Source of the DNA: Parvibaculum sp.
GTDB taxonomy: Bacteria; Pseudomonadota; Alphaproteobacteria; Parvibaculales; Parvibaculaceae
DNA: 64,000 nt
Direction of reading: 5' to 3'
Assembly (NCBI GenBank): GCA_036499025.1
Contig: DASYEM010000021.1
Coordinates: 2,421 to 66,420 of the forward strand
The notes beneath the pieces are model-generated. The model worked only from the letters and a program-made list of their open reading frames with translations, was not told where the DNA came from and made no database searches. Every line of letters begins with the position of its first letter. Within the stretch, counting starts at the first letter, position 1. This document shows positions 42,490 through 51,243 of this stretch, in pieces. The position numbers were made by a program, and so were the translations under genes.

Positions 42490-42831
42490 ATGGCCACAAA
42501 ACCTGCCGCCAAAACCGCTGCAAAGCCCGCCGCGAAAGCAAAGGCTCCCACTCAGCCCACCATCCCGCTCTCGAAGATCATTGCGGAGCTGGCTGAGCAG
42601 CACGAAATGTCGAAGAAGGCCACTGCCGCCTTGTTCGATGACTTCGTCGCTCTGACGGTCAAGAACCTGAAGAAGGGCAACAAGGTCCGCATCACCGGCC
42701 TTGGCATTCTCGCGGTTCGCAAGCGCGCCGCCCGCATGGGCCGCAACCCGGCCACAGGCGAAGCGATCAAGATCAAGGCGTCGAAGAAAGTCGCCTTCCG
42801 CGTCGCGAAGGATCTGAAGGAAGCGATCTAA
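42490..42831 (+). CDS. HU-family DNA-binding protein with Lys/Ala/Pro-rich N-terminal tail
   Basis: RAARMGRNPATGEAIKIKASKKVAFR; N-terminus MATKPAAKTAAKPAAKAKAP. Confidence 0.92.
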   Translation: MATKPAAKTAAKPAAKAKAPTQPTIPLSKIIAELAEQHEMSKKATAALFDDFVALTVKNLKKGNKVRITGLGILAVRKRAARMGRNPATGEAIKIKASKKVAFRVAKDLKEAI

Positions 42832-42893
42832 TCGCTTTCTGATCCGGTCGAACGGATAAGCTAAAGAGACATGACGGCTTTGTCGTCGTCGTG

Positions 42894-42926
42894 AAAGGCG
42901 GTTTTTAGGAGCCGCCTTTTTCTTTT
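42894..42926 (+). terminator. Intrinsic terminator after HU gene
   Basis: AAAGGCGGTTT...GAGCCGCCTTT followed by TTCTTTT. Confidence 0.65.
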
Positions 42927-43069
42927 GTGAAAGCATGGAGTTGAGATGAAGGGCGGCGCAGGGCGCCTCACGCCGTTTGCGGGGTTGAGGCGTTCCCGTG
43001 AGGCTGCTATCAGATCGTCCTCCGCGCCCACCGGCATGGCTGCCTCGGGCCTGTACAAGGAAGACGAAA

Positions 43070-43414
43070 ATGGCGATCAAGCGGCTGAGCCCCGGCAAGC
43101 GTATGAGCGAAGGTGTCGTCCATGGCGATCGGGTCATTCTGGCCGGTCAAGTCGCGGTCGATGGCGGCTCCATCAAAGCCCAGTCCGAACAGGTCCTGAA
43201 GCAGATCGACGAATTGCTGGCCGCCGCCGGCAGCAGCAAGTCGAAGCTGCTCTTTGCGCAAATCTTTCTTGCCGACATGGCCGACTACGCGCCGTTCAAT
43301 GATGTCTGGGACGGCTGGATCGACTCCGCCAATCCGCCCGCTCGCGCCTGCATTCAGTCGCCGCTGGTGAAGCCGGAATGGAAAGTCGAAGTCCAGGTCA
43401 CGGCAGCGGTCTGA
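43070..43414 (+). CDS. RidA/YjgF-family protein (YoaB-like)
   Basis: RMSEGVVHG, LAGQV, NDVWDGW, PARACI, KVEVQVTA. Confidence 0.9.
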   Translation: MAIKRLSPGKRMSEGVVHGDRVILAGQVAVDGGSIKAQSEQVLKQIDELLAAAGSSKSKLLFAQIFLADMADYAPFNDVWDGWIDSANPPARACIQSPLVKPEWKVEVQVTAAV

Positions 43415-43497
43415 ACCCGCCAGAGCTCCGCGCCGCCAGGCCGATAACGTTGCGCGGAGCGTTTCATGGAATCGATGATGCCGGTGTAATCTGAGCC

Positions 43498-44004
43498 ATG
43501 AGCGGCTCTCTTCCCGATATCCTGGCTAAAAATCTGGAGGTGGTATTCTGCGGAATAAATCCCGGTGTGCAGGCAGCTGTGACCGGCCACCATTTTGTGG
43601 GCAGAAACAATCGCTTCTGGAACACTATTCATTTGGCGGGTTTTACCCCGGAGCAGATCAGCCCCGAAAATGATCGGATGATCCTGCGTTTTCGGTGTGG
43701 CCTGACGACGGTGGCCGAGCGCGCCACTGCCCGTGCCTGCGAACTCTCAAGCCATGAGATCATTTCAGATTCCGCAAAACTGGAGCGAAAGATTGTGAAG
43801 TACCGGCCGCGCTATATCGCGTTTCTGGGAAAGTCTGCTTACCAAACGATATCGAAACAACGAAAAACTCTCTGGGGAGCGCAGGATAGCACTTTCGGCG
43901 GCGCTGCCGTGTGGGTGCTGCCGAATCCAAGCGGCCGGAATCTTGCGTTCAGCCGCGACGCTCTTGCCGATGCTTATCGCGCGCTGCGTTTGATGTTGGG
44001 ATGA
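43498..44004 (+). CDS. mug: G/U mismatch-specific DNA glycosylase
   Basis: VVFCGINPG, GHHF, NRFW, LPNPSG. Confidence 0.92.
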   Translation: MSGSLPDILAKNLEVVFCGINPGVQAAVTGHHFVGRNNRFWNTIHLAGFTPEQISPENDRMILRFRCGLTTVAERATARACELSSHEIISDSAKLERKIVKYRPRYIAFLGKSAYQTISKQRKTLWGAQDSTFGGAAVWVLPNPSGRNLAFSRDALADAYRALRLMLG

Positions 44005-44048
44005 AACCGGCTGCAACGTCGGCACCGGCATGGCGGGACGTCACGTTT

Positions 44049-44399
44049 TTATTTCTCGAGAAAGCTTTTCAGGGCGACGGCGTTGTTATGGTCTTCGTCC
44101 TTGGCGGCAAAGAGCAGCGTCACGAGCTTGTGGCCCTGCATGGCGCCGCGGAGTAGTGCGGTAGCGTCGGCATTTTTATTGAACTCCGCGCGATAGCGCT
44201 TCCTGAATTCCGTCCAAAGCTCGGGATCGTGGCCGAACCAGTTGCGTAGGTCGGCGCTTGGCGCGATTTCCTTCAGCCAGAGATCGATCTTCGCGGTATC
44301 GCGCTTCAGGCCGCGCGGCCAGAGACGATCGACGAGAATGCGAAAGCCGTCATCCGTCGATGGGGCCTCATAGGCTCGCTTCAATCGAATGCGGCTCAT
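44049..44399 (-). CDS. DUF488 (YeaO-like) protein
   Basis: KRAYE, DGFRILVDRLWPRG, WLKEIAPS, WFGHDP, HNNAVAL. Confidence 0.9.
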   Translation of the reverse strand: MSRIRLKRAYEAPSTDDGFRILVDRLWPRGLKRDTAKIDLWLKEIAPSADLRNWFGHDPELWTEFRKRYRAEFNKNADATALLRGAMQGHKLVTLLFAAKDEDHNNAVALKSFLEK

Positions 44400-44413
44400 A
44401 AGCAGCTTCCTTT

Positions 44414-44932
44414 CTAGGGATGCTTTGGCAGTACCGCGCCGGTAACCTCATTGGCAAGGGCAATGTTGACCTCATGCGAGGCCAGCATCTCGGCCAAGTC
44501 CTTGTGTAGTCCATCATCGCGCGTACGAGGCAGAAGTTCCCGCAGCTTCCGCACCACCCATCCCTGGCCGCGATTGAGAAAGGCGATGCGCTCTGCGATA
44601 TTGCCGATCGCCATCGCCTTGCCGTAGAAGGCGCCGGTTTCCAGAGACGGCGCGCCACCCAATGATTTGACGTGGCCGAGCAGCATGGCGCACCAGCGCG
44701 CCTCGTCCTTCTGGATCGTGCGCATCAATTCGGCAATCTCGATGCTGTCGGCCGCGCGGGCGCTTTCGAGTGTCACGCGCGCACCCGCGCGTTCGGCTTC
44801 CAGCAATTCATTGAGACTGCTAATCAGTTCGTCCTTGCCGGCATAGCCCATATAGGCGTCATCGGCTTCATGCATCGCGCAGGCCGGCGAGCTGACCTCC
44901 ACCTTGGGTTCGTCGTCGCGGGCCTGCGTCAT
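44414..44932 (-). CDS. Ferritin-like protein (DUF6306-like)
   Basis: LNELLEAERAGARV, DEARWC, FLNRGQGWVVRKL, MLASHEVNI. Confidence 0.75.
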   Translation of the reverse strand: MTQARDDEPKVEVSSPACAMHEADDAYMGYAGKDELISSLNELLEAERAGARVTLESARAADSIEIAELMRTIQKDEARWCAMLLGHVKSLGGAPSLETGAFYGKAMAIGNIAERIAFLNRGQGWVVRKLRELLPRTRDDGLHKDLAEMLASHEVNIALANEVTGAVLPKHP

Positions 44933-44962
44933 GGCATGATCTCCTCTGCTACGAACGGCGCA

Positions 44963-45562
44963 TCACGCCGTCGCGCGCTCCAGTTTCTCGTTCGCGCCGC
45001 CCCAATTGGCGAGGTTGTTCAAGAACGCATCGAGGAAGCTTGCCCGCGCATTCTGGTAGTCGAGATAATAGGCATGCTCCCAGACGTCGGCGGTGAGCAG
45101 CGGCACGACGCCGTGAACGATGGGCGTGTCGGCGTCATGGAAGGACGTGACCGCAAGCTTGCCGTTGTCCAGCACCAGCCAGGCCCAGCCGGACGCGAAA
45201 TGACCGACGGCTTCGGCTTTGAATTTTTCCTTGAATTGATCGACACCGCCGAAATCGCGCATCAGCCATTCCGCGAGCTTGCCGGTCGGGGCGCCGCTTT
45301 TCGGCGTCATCGACTGCCAGAAAAAATCATGGTTCCAGGCCTGCGCGGCATTGTTGAAAAGCTTCTTGTCGCCGCTCTCCTTCGCTGCCTTGATGATCTC
45401 CTCAAGACTGGCCTGCTCAAGCGGCGTGCCTTTGATAGCGGCATTGGTGTTGTCGACATAGGCCTTGTGATGCTTGCCATAGTGAAACTCGAAGGTGCGC
45501 GCGGACATATGCGGTTCGAGAGCAGCTTTGTCGTAGGGAAGGGGGGCTTGGATCACTGACAT
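44963..45562 (-). CDS. sodB: Fe/Mn superoxide dismutase, probably Fe type
   Basis: HYGKHH, NNAAQAWNH, FASGWAWL, DVWEHAYY. Confidence 0.92.
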   Translation of the reverse strand: MSVIQAPLPYDKAALEPHMSARTFEFHYGKHHKAYVDNTNAAIKGTPLEQASLEEIIKAAKESGDKKLFNNAAQAWNHDFFWQSMTPKSGAPTGKLAEWLMRDFGGVDQFKEKFKAEAVGHFASGWAWLVLDNGKLAVTSFHDADTPIVHGVVPLLTADVWEHAYYLDYQNARASFLDAFLNNLANWGGANEKLERATA

Positions 45563-45619
45563 TTTATTTCTTTCTGGGCATCGTGAAGTGAATTGAATTA
45601 TCTCAGCGAGATCACGCCC

Positions 45620-46777
45620 TCAATCAAGGCATGAAAACGCCTGCTCCAGATCGGCGCGAAGATCAGCCTCCGCTTCGAGGCCGATGGAGAGCCGCAACAG
45701 TGTATCGCCGATACCCGCCAGCCGTCGCGCTTCTGCGCCCATTCCGATATGCGTCATTGTCGCAGGGTGCGCGATGAGGCTTTCGACGCCGCCGAGAGAT
45801 TCCGCGAGCGTGAAGATGCGGACGGCTTCGACAAGGCGGCGAACCTCCGCGGCGCCGCCGTCAAGTTCGAAGCTCAGCATGGCGCCGAAGCCCTTTTGTT
45901 GGGTTTTCGCGATGGCATGGCCCGGATGGGTTTCAAGACCGGGATAATGGACGGCGCGGACACGCGGATGCTGTTGCAGAAAAAGGGCGAGCGACATGGC
46001 GTTGCGCTGCTGCGCCTCGATGCGCGGAAAGAGCGTGCGCACGCCGCGTAGCGTCATATAGGCGTCGAAGGGGGATCCGATGATGCCGGTCACATTGGCC
46101 CAAGCGGCGAGCGTTTCCGCGTCCGCCTTGTCGGCGGCGATGACGGCCCCGCCGATGACGTCGGAATGGCCGTTCAGATATTTGGTCGTCGAGTGAATGA
46201 CGAAATCCGCGCCGAGGGCGATGGGATTTTGCAGAGCCGGTGAGAGGAAAGTGTTATCGACCGCGATCTTGGCGCCGACGGCCTTGGCGCGCGCCGCGAT
46301 GGCGGCGATGTCGACGACGCGCATCAGCGGATTGCTGGGCGTCTCGATCAGCACAAGCGCGGGCACACCCTCGAGCGCCCGCGCCAGTGCCTCCTCGTCT
46401 CCCTGATCGACGAAAACGACGTCGAATTGTCGCCGCTCCCCCCGGGCGGCGAGGAGACGATAGGTGCCCGAATAGCAATCATGCGGCGCGACGACGAGAT
46501 CGTCGGGCCGGAGCAGCGAGAGAACGAGATCGATGGCCGCCATGCCCGAGGACGTGACGACGGCCCCCGCGCCGCCCTCGAGCTTTGCCAGCGTGTCGGC
46601 CAGCATGTCGCGGCTGGGATTGACGGTGCGGGAATAATCGTAGGGACCCGCGCGCTCATAGCCCTGAAAAGCGAAGGTGCTGGACAGGTAGAGCGGTGGG
46701 GCGACGGCGCCGAAGGCGGGATCGCTAGCGATCCCGTTCGACGCCGCCACGGTCTCTGGCGCTTTGCGCTCCGGCAT
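45620..46777 (-). CDS. metB: Cystathionine gamma-synthase
   Basis: PPLYLSSTF, YDYSR, ETPSNP, HSTTKYLNGHSD, AESLGGVESL. Confidence 0.9.
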   Translation of the reverse strand: MPERKAPETVAASNGIASDPAFGAVAPPLYLSSTFAFQGYERAGPYDYSRTVNPSRDMLADTLAKLEGGAGAVVTSSGMAAIDLVLSLLRPDDLVVAPHDCYSGTYRLLAARGERRQFDVVFVDQGDEEALARALEGVPALVLIETPSNPLMRVVDIAAIAARAKAVGAKIAVDNTFLSPALQNPIALGADFVIHSTTKYLNGHSDVIGGAVIAADKADAETLAAWANVTGIIGSPFDAYMTLRGVRTLFPRIEAQQRNAMSLALFLQQHPRVRAVHYPGLETHPGHAIAKTQQKGFGAMLSFELDGGAAEVRRLVEAVRIFTLAESLGGVESLIAHPATMTHIGMGAEARRLAGIGDTLLRLSIGLEAEADLRADLEQAFSCLD

Positions 46778-46798
46778 GTGAGGTGCCTTTGTAAAAGC

Positions 46799-47428
46799 TC
46801 AGCGAAGCTGAACCATACGCAGATAGGGCTTCAATTCCTTCCAGCCCTGCGGGAAGCGTTCCTTGGCCTGTTCGGTCGAGAGGCTCGGCGAGATGATGAC
46901 CGGCTGGCCGGGCGTCCAGTTCACGGGCGTCGAAACCTTTTCACCATCGGTGAGCTGGAGGCTGTCGATGGTACGAAGGATTTCCGCGAAGTTGCGGCCG
47001 GCGCTGGGCGGATAGGTCAGGATCAAGCGAATCTTCTTGTTGGGATCGATCACATAGACCGCGCGCACCGTGTAGGTCGGATCGGAATCCGGATGGATCA
47101 TCTCGTAAAGGGTCGAGACCTTCTTGTCGTCGTCGGCGATCATCGGGAAATTGAGCTTCTGGCCCTGTGTTTCCTCGATGTCCTTTTCCCAGCCCTGATG
47201 TGCATCGACCGGATCGACCGAGAGGCCGATGGTCTTGACGCCGCGCTTGTCCCATTCGGGCTTCAGGCGGGCGACTTCACCGAGTTCCGTCGTGCAGACC
47301 GGTGTGAAATCCTTGGGGTGGCTGAAGAAGACGCCCCAGGAATTGCCGAGCCATTTGTGGAAGCTGATCGGACCTTGCGTGCTGTTCTGTTCAAAGTCCG
47401 GGGCGATCTGACCGAGTAGTAGTGACAT
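46799..47428 (-). CDS. 1-Cys peroxiredoxin (Prx6/LsfA-like)
   Basis: SHPKDFTPVCTTE, TVRAVY, YPPSAGRNF, TPVNW. Confidence 0.93.
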   Translation of the reverse strand: MSLLLGQIAPDFEQNSTQGPISFHKWLGNSWGVFFSHPKDFTPVCTTELGEVARLKPEWDKRGVKTIGLSVDPVDAHQGWEKDIEETQGQKLNFPMIADDDKKVSTLYEMIHPDSDPTYTVRAVYVIDPNKKIRLILTYPPSAGRNFAEILRTIDSLQLTDGEKVSTPVNWTPGQPVIISPSLSTEQAKERFPQGWKELKPYLRMVQLR

Positions 47429-47467
47429 TCTTTTTCTCCTCTATGGATGCCGGGATGGGGGAGGGGT

Positions 47468-49207
47468 TCAGTCGTTGAAGTGGCGGCCTTCCTTGACCTC
47501 GGCGACATATCCGGCGCGGATGGCGAAATCGCCGAAGCGTTCGTCCGGTTGGCGCTCGCGGGCGAAATGCACGGCGAGTTTTTCAAAGGCGTCGAGGATC
47601 ACATCCTCGCCGACATTTTCGAGATACATCTTGTTGAGGCGCTGGCCGTGAAAGCCACCGCCGAAATAGAGATTGTATTTCCCCGGCGCGCGGCCCGTCA
47701 GCGCGACTTCCGCGATATAGGGACGCGAGCAGCCATTGGGGCAGCCGGTCATGCGGATGGTTATCGGTTCATCGATGAGCCCCTGCGCCGACAGGATGGC
47801 CTCCATCTTCGTCAGCAGGTTCGGCAAATAGCGTTCGCTTTCAGCCATGGCGAGGCCGCAGGTCGGCATCGACACGCACGCCATCGAATTGAGCCGCAGC
47901 CCGCTCAGCGCGTTCGAGCTTCCAAGCCCGTGCGCGTCCAGAAGCTTCTCAATGGCCGGGCGGGCCTTGGGCGCGACATCGGCGATGATGAGATTCTGGT
48001 TCGGCGTGACGCGGAACGTGCCGTGATGGATTTTCGCAATGGCGCGCAGTGCGTCCATCAAAGGACGGCCCTCATGGTTGATGACGCGACCGTTTTCGAT
48101 AAAGAGCGTGTAGTGCTCGAGCTCGTCCTCACCGCGCTGCCAGCCATACTGGTCGCCATTGGAGGTGAAAATCGCCTCGCGGGGCTCCTCGAAGGTAAAG
48201 CCCTGCCGCGCCTCGATGCCCGCCTTGATCGCGTCGAGGCCCTTGTCATCGATCGTATATTTGAAGCGCGCATGCATGCGGTCGGCGCGGTCACCGAAAT
48301 CGCGCTGCACCATCATCGTCGCGTCGATCACTGCCGTGACCTTGTCCACCGCCACGAAGCCGATGAGACTCGCCAGACGCGGATAGGTTTCGGGCGCCTG
48401 ATCGGTCCGCCCCATGCCGCCGCCGATGACGACATTGAAACCTTCGAGCTTTCCCCTGGGCGCGATGGCGATGAAACCGAGATCCTGCGCGTAAATGTCG
48501 ATGTCGTTGAACGGCGGCAGCACGAAGCCGATCTTGAATTTGCGCGGCATGTAGCTGCGACCGTAAAGCGGCTCTTCGGGTGTGGCCTGGTTGCGCGGCT
48601 CGGGCTCTTCCTCGTACCAGATTTCGCGATAGGCACCGGTCTTGGGAATGGCGTGGTCGCTGGCGGCCTTGGCCATCGCATAGACCTGGGCGTGGAGCGC
48701 GGAAAGCTGGGGATGGACAGAGCACATGACGCCGCGAGAATCGTCGCCGCAAGCCGCGCGAGAGTCGAGGCCGACATCGCGCATACCCTGCATGAGCGGG
48801 CGCAGGTTCCGCTTCAATACACCATGAAACTGAAAGGTCTGGCGCGTCGTCAGCCTGAGCGTCTCGCCGCCATAGGCGCGGCCAAGCTCGTCGAGCTTCA
48901 GCCATTGCGCTGACGTCAACACGCCTCCGGGCAGGCGCACCCGCACCATGAAATCGAAGGCGGGCTCCAGCCGCTGGCGGCGTCGCTCGTCGCGGATGTC
49001 GCGATTGTCCTGCTGATAGATGCCGTGAAACTTCATCAGCTTGATATCGTCGCCGGGCACGGCGGCGGTCAGCTCCGCCACTAGCCCTTCGGCGATGGTG
49101 CCGCGAAGCTGGTTGCTGTTCGCTTTCAGCGTCTCGTCGGGGTTGAGCTTTTCCAACGGCTGCGAAACGTCGCGGCTACGATCCGATTTTTCAAGAAGCG
49201 TGGTCAT
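47468..49207 (-). CDS. cysI: Assimilatory sulfite reductase hemoprotein subunit
   Basis: KFHGIYQQD, RLTTRQTFQFHG, PRKFK, siroheme/[4Fe-4S] ligands CVSMPTC and GCPNGC. Confidence 0.95.
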   Translation of the reverse strand: MTTLLEKSDRSRDVSQPLEKLNPDETLKANSNQLRGTIAEGLVAELTAAVPGDDIKLMKFHGIYQQDNRDIRDERRRQRLEPAFDFMVRVRLPGGVLTSAQWLKLDELGRAYGGETLRLTTRQTFQFHGVLKRNLRPLMQGMRDVGLDSRAACGDDSRGVMCSVHPQLSALHAQVYAMAKAASDHAIPKTGAYREIWYEEEPEPRNQATPEEPLYGRSYMPRKFKIGFVLPPFNDIDIYAQDLGFIAIAPRGKLEGFNVVIGGGMGRTDQAPETYPRLASLIGFVAVDKVTAVIDATMMVQRDFGDRADRMHARFKYTIDDKGLDAIKAGIEARQGFTFEEPREAIFTSNGDQYGWQRGEDELEHYTLFIENGRVINHEGRPLMDALRAIAKIHHGTFRVTPNQNLIIADVAPKARPAIEKLLDAHGLGSSNALSGLRLNSMACVSMPTCGLAMAESERYLPNLLTKMEAILSAQGLIDEPITIRMTGCPNGCSRPYIAEVALTGRAPGKYNLYFGGGFHGQRLNKMYLENVGEDVILDAFEKLAVHFARERQPDERFGDFAIRAGYVAEVKEGRHFND

Positions 49208-49215
49208 GCCGGCCC

Positions 49216-51066
49216 TCAATAGACGTCGAGTTGATAGCGATGTTCGCGTTGCAGCGTGCCCAGATATTCATCGGCGGCAGCGCGTCCGCGCCCGCTTTCC
49301 TGCTGGATGAGGGCGCTCAATGTCGCGTGAACGTCCGGCGCGAGATTGGCCGCGTCGCCACAGACATAGATATGCGCACCCTCTTCGAGCCAGGCATAGA
49401 CGTCACGCGCTTGCTCGCGCAGCTTGTGTTGGACATAGGTTTTCGACGCGCTGTCGCGGGAGAAGGCGACGTTCATGCGGCTGAGCACGCCATCCTTCAG
49501 GAAGCCCTGCCATTCGGTCTGATAGAGGAAGTCGGAACGGAAATTGCGCTCGCCGAAAAAGAGCCAGGACTTGCCGCTCGCGCCGCGCGTCTCGCGCTCC
49601 TGCAAAAAGGCGCGGTAGGGGGCGACGCCGGTGCCCGCGCCGATCATGATGATGGGCGTGTCGTCGTCGGCCATTCGGAAATGCGGATTGGCCTGAACAT
49701 AGACCGGCACGGTGGTGTCGGGTTCGGCACGGTCGGCGAAATAGCCCGATGCGACGCCGCTGCGCGGTTCGCCGTTGAGATCGTAGCGCACCGTGCTGAT
49801 GGTGAGATGCACTTCGTCGGCCGCCACCGCTTGCGACGAGGCGATGGAATAAAGGCGCGGTTGCAGCGGCCTGAGACCGGCGATGACGTTCTGCGCGTCG
49901 AGACCGCAGACCGGAAAGCGGCGGACGACATCGACGACATGGTGACCGCGCAGGAACGCGGTGCGTGCCTCCGCTTCGCCTTCGCCCTTCAGCCGCTCGA
50001 GTTCAGCCGAGCCGCTAAGCTTTGCCCAATGGTCGATAAGGCGGGGCGTCGCCAGCGTGATTTCGAAATCGGTAGCCAGCGCCGCGCCCAGCGTGGTGGC
50101 GCGATCTTTCAGCGTGATCGGCGCATCGGCGTTGAGCGAGAGCGCGCCGAGAAGCGCCTCGACGAGGGCGGGATCATTGTGCGGAATGACGCCGAGTGCG
50201 TCGCCGGGCTCGAAGGTCAGGCCGCTCTCTTCGAGCGACAATTCGATATGGCGCGTTTCCTTGCTCGAGCCGCGCCCCGTCAAAACAAAATTGTCGATAA
50301 CAGTGGCGGAGAAAGGGCGGCGCTTGTCGAAGACGGCAGCGGCGGGGGCGGCGCTGGTCTCTATTGATACACGCGCGCTGCCAACCACGCTTGCGCCGGA
50401 AGACGCGGCGGGTGTGATCTTTTCGACCATAGCCGCGATCCACGCGGCGGCTGGCTCGTCGTAATCGACATCGCAATCGACGCGCGCTTCGATCTGCGTC
50501 GCGCCAAGTTCGGCCAGGCGCTTGTCGATCTGCTTGCCGGCCTCGCAATAGCGCTCATAGGTCGAATCGCCCAGCGCCAGCACGGCATATTTCATGCCCG
50601 CCAGTTTCGGCGCCTTGCGGCTCGCGAGAAATTCAAAGAAGGCCATTGCCGATTGTGGCGCGTCGCCCTCGCCATGCGTGCTGGTGATGACGATCAGCGT
50701 CTGCTCGTCTTTCAGCTTGCGGGTCTTGTAGTCGGCCATGTCGGAAACGACGGGTTGAAGCCCGCATTCGCGCACCCGGTCGGCGAGTATCCGCGCCAGG
50801 GTCGCGCTGTTGCCGGTTTCGCTGCCATAGAGAATGGTGAGGCCTTGCACCGCGCCGCCCGCATCCGGTGTGCCCGCCGCGGTCGCGCCTTGCGGGGCAG
50901 GGATGTAATCGGCATCCGCGATGACGCCGCGAACCCCACGATCGAGGCCGGCGAAATAGCCGCTCAGCCAAAGCGCCTGGCCGGGCCGCAACGATTGCGC
51001 GAGCGCATTGACCTGCTGCCACTGCTCCGCGGTCAGGGCGGTGGCTGGAAATTCGAATACGCTCAC
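49216..51066 (-). CDS. cysJ: Sulfite reductase NADPH flavoprotein subunit
   Basis: YGSETGNS, STHGEGD, RLYSIASS, GTGVAPYR, YVCGD, RYQLDVY. Confidence 0.95.
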   Translation of the reverse strand: MSVFEFPATALTAEQWQQVNALAQSLRPGQALWLSGYFAGLDRGVRGVIADADYIPAPQGATAAGTPDAGGAVQGLTILYGSETGNSATLARILADRVRECGLQPVVSDMADYKTRKLKDEQTLIVITSTHGEGDAPQSAMAFFEFLASRKAPKLAGMKYAVLALGDSTYERYCEAGKQIDKRLAELGATQIEARVDCDVDYDEPAAAWIAAMVEKITPAASSGASVVGSARVSIETSAAPAAAVFDKRRPFSATVIDNFVLTGRGSSKETRHIELSLEESGLTFEPGDALGVIPHNDPALVEALLGALSLNADAPITLKDRATTLGAALATDFEITLATPRLIDHWAKLSGSAELERLKGEGEAEARTAFLRGHHVVDVVRRFPVCGLDAQNVIAGLRPLQPRLYSIASSQAVAADEVHLTISTVRYDLNGEPRSGVASGYFADRAEPDTTVPVYVQANPHFRMADDDTPIIMIGAGTGVAPYRAFLQERETRGASGKSWLFFGERNFRSDFLYQTEWQGFLKDGVLSRMNVAFSRDSASKTYVQHKLREQARDVYAWLEEGAHIYVCGDAANLAPDVHATLSALIQQESGRGRAAADEYLGTLQREHRYQLDVY

Positions 51067-51243
51067 GACGGACGCGACCCTTCAGATTAGTTGCTGATCG
51101 AGGGGCGCACTCAGCCGCAGTCCAAAGGTTGAACTGAACAGCGCTCGTGTCATCAGCGAGCCCCATTCCAATTTCGCACTTGCGATAAGTGCAGACAAAC
51201 GAATGATCTTGCCATTTAAGATGAAATATATTAATACAAAAAG

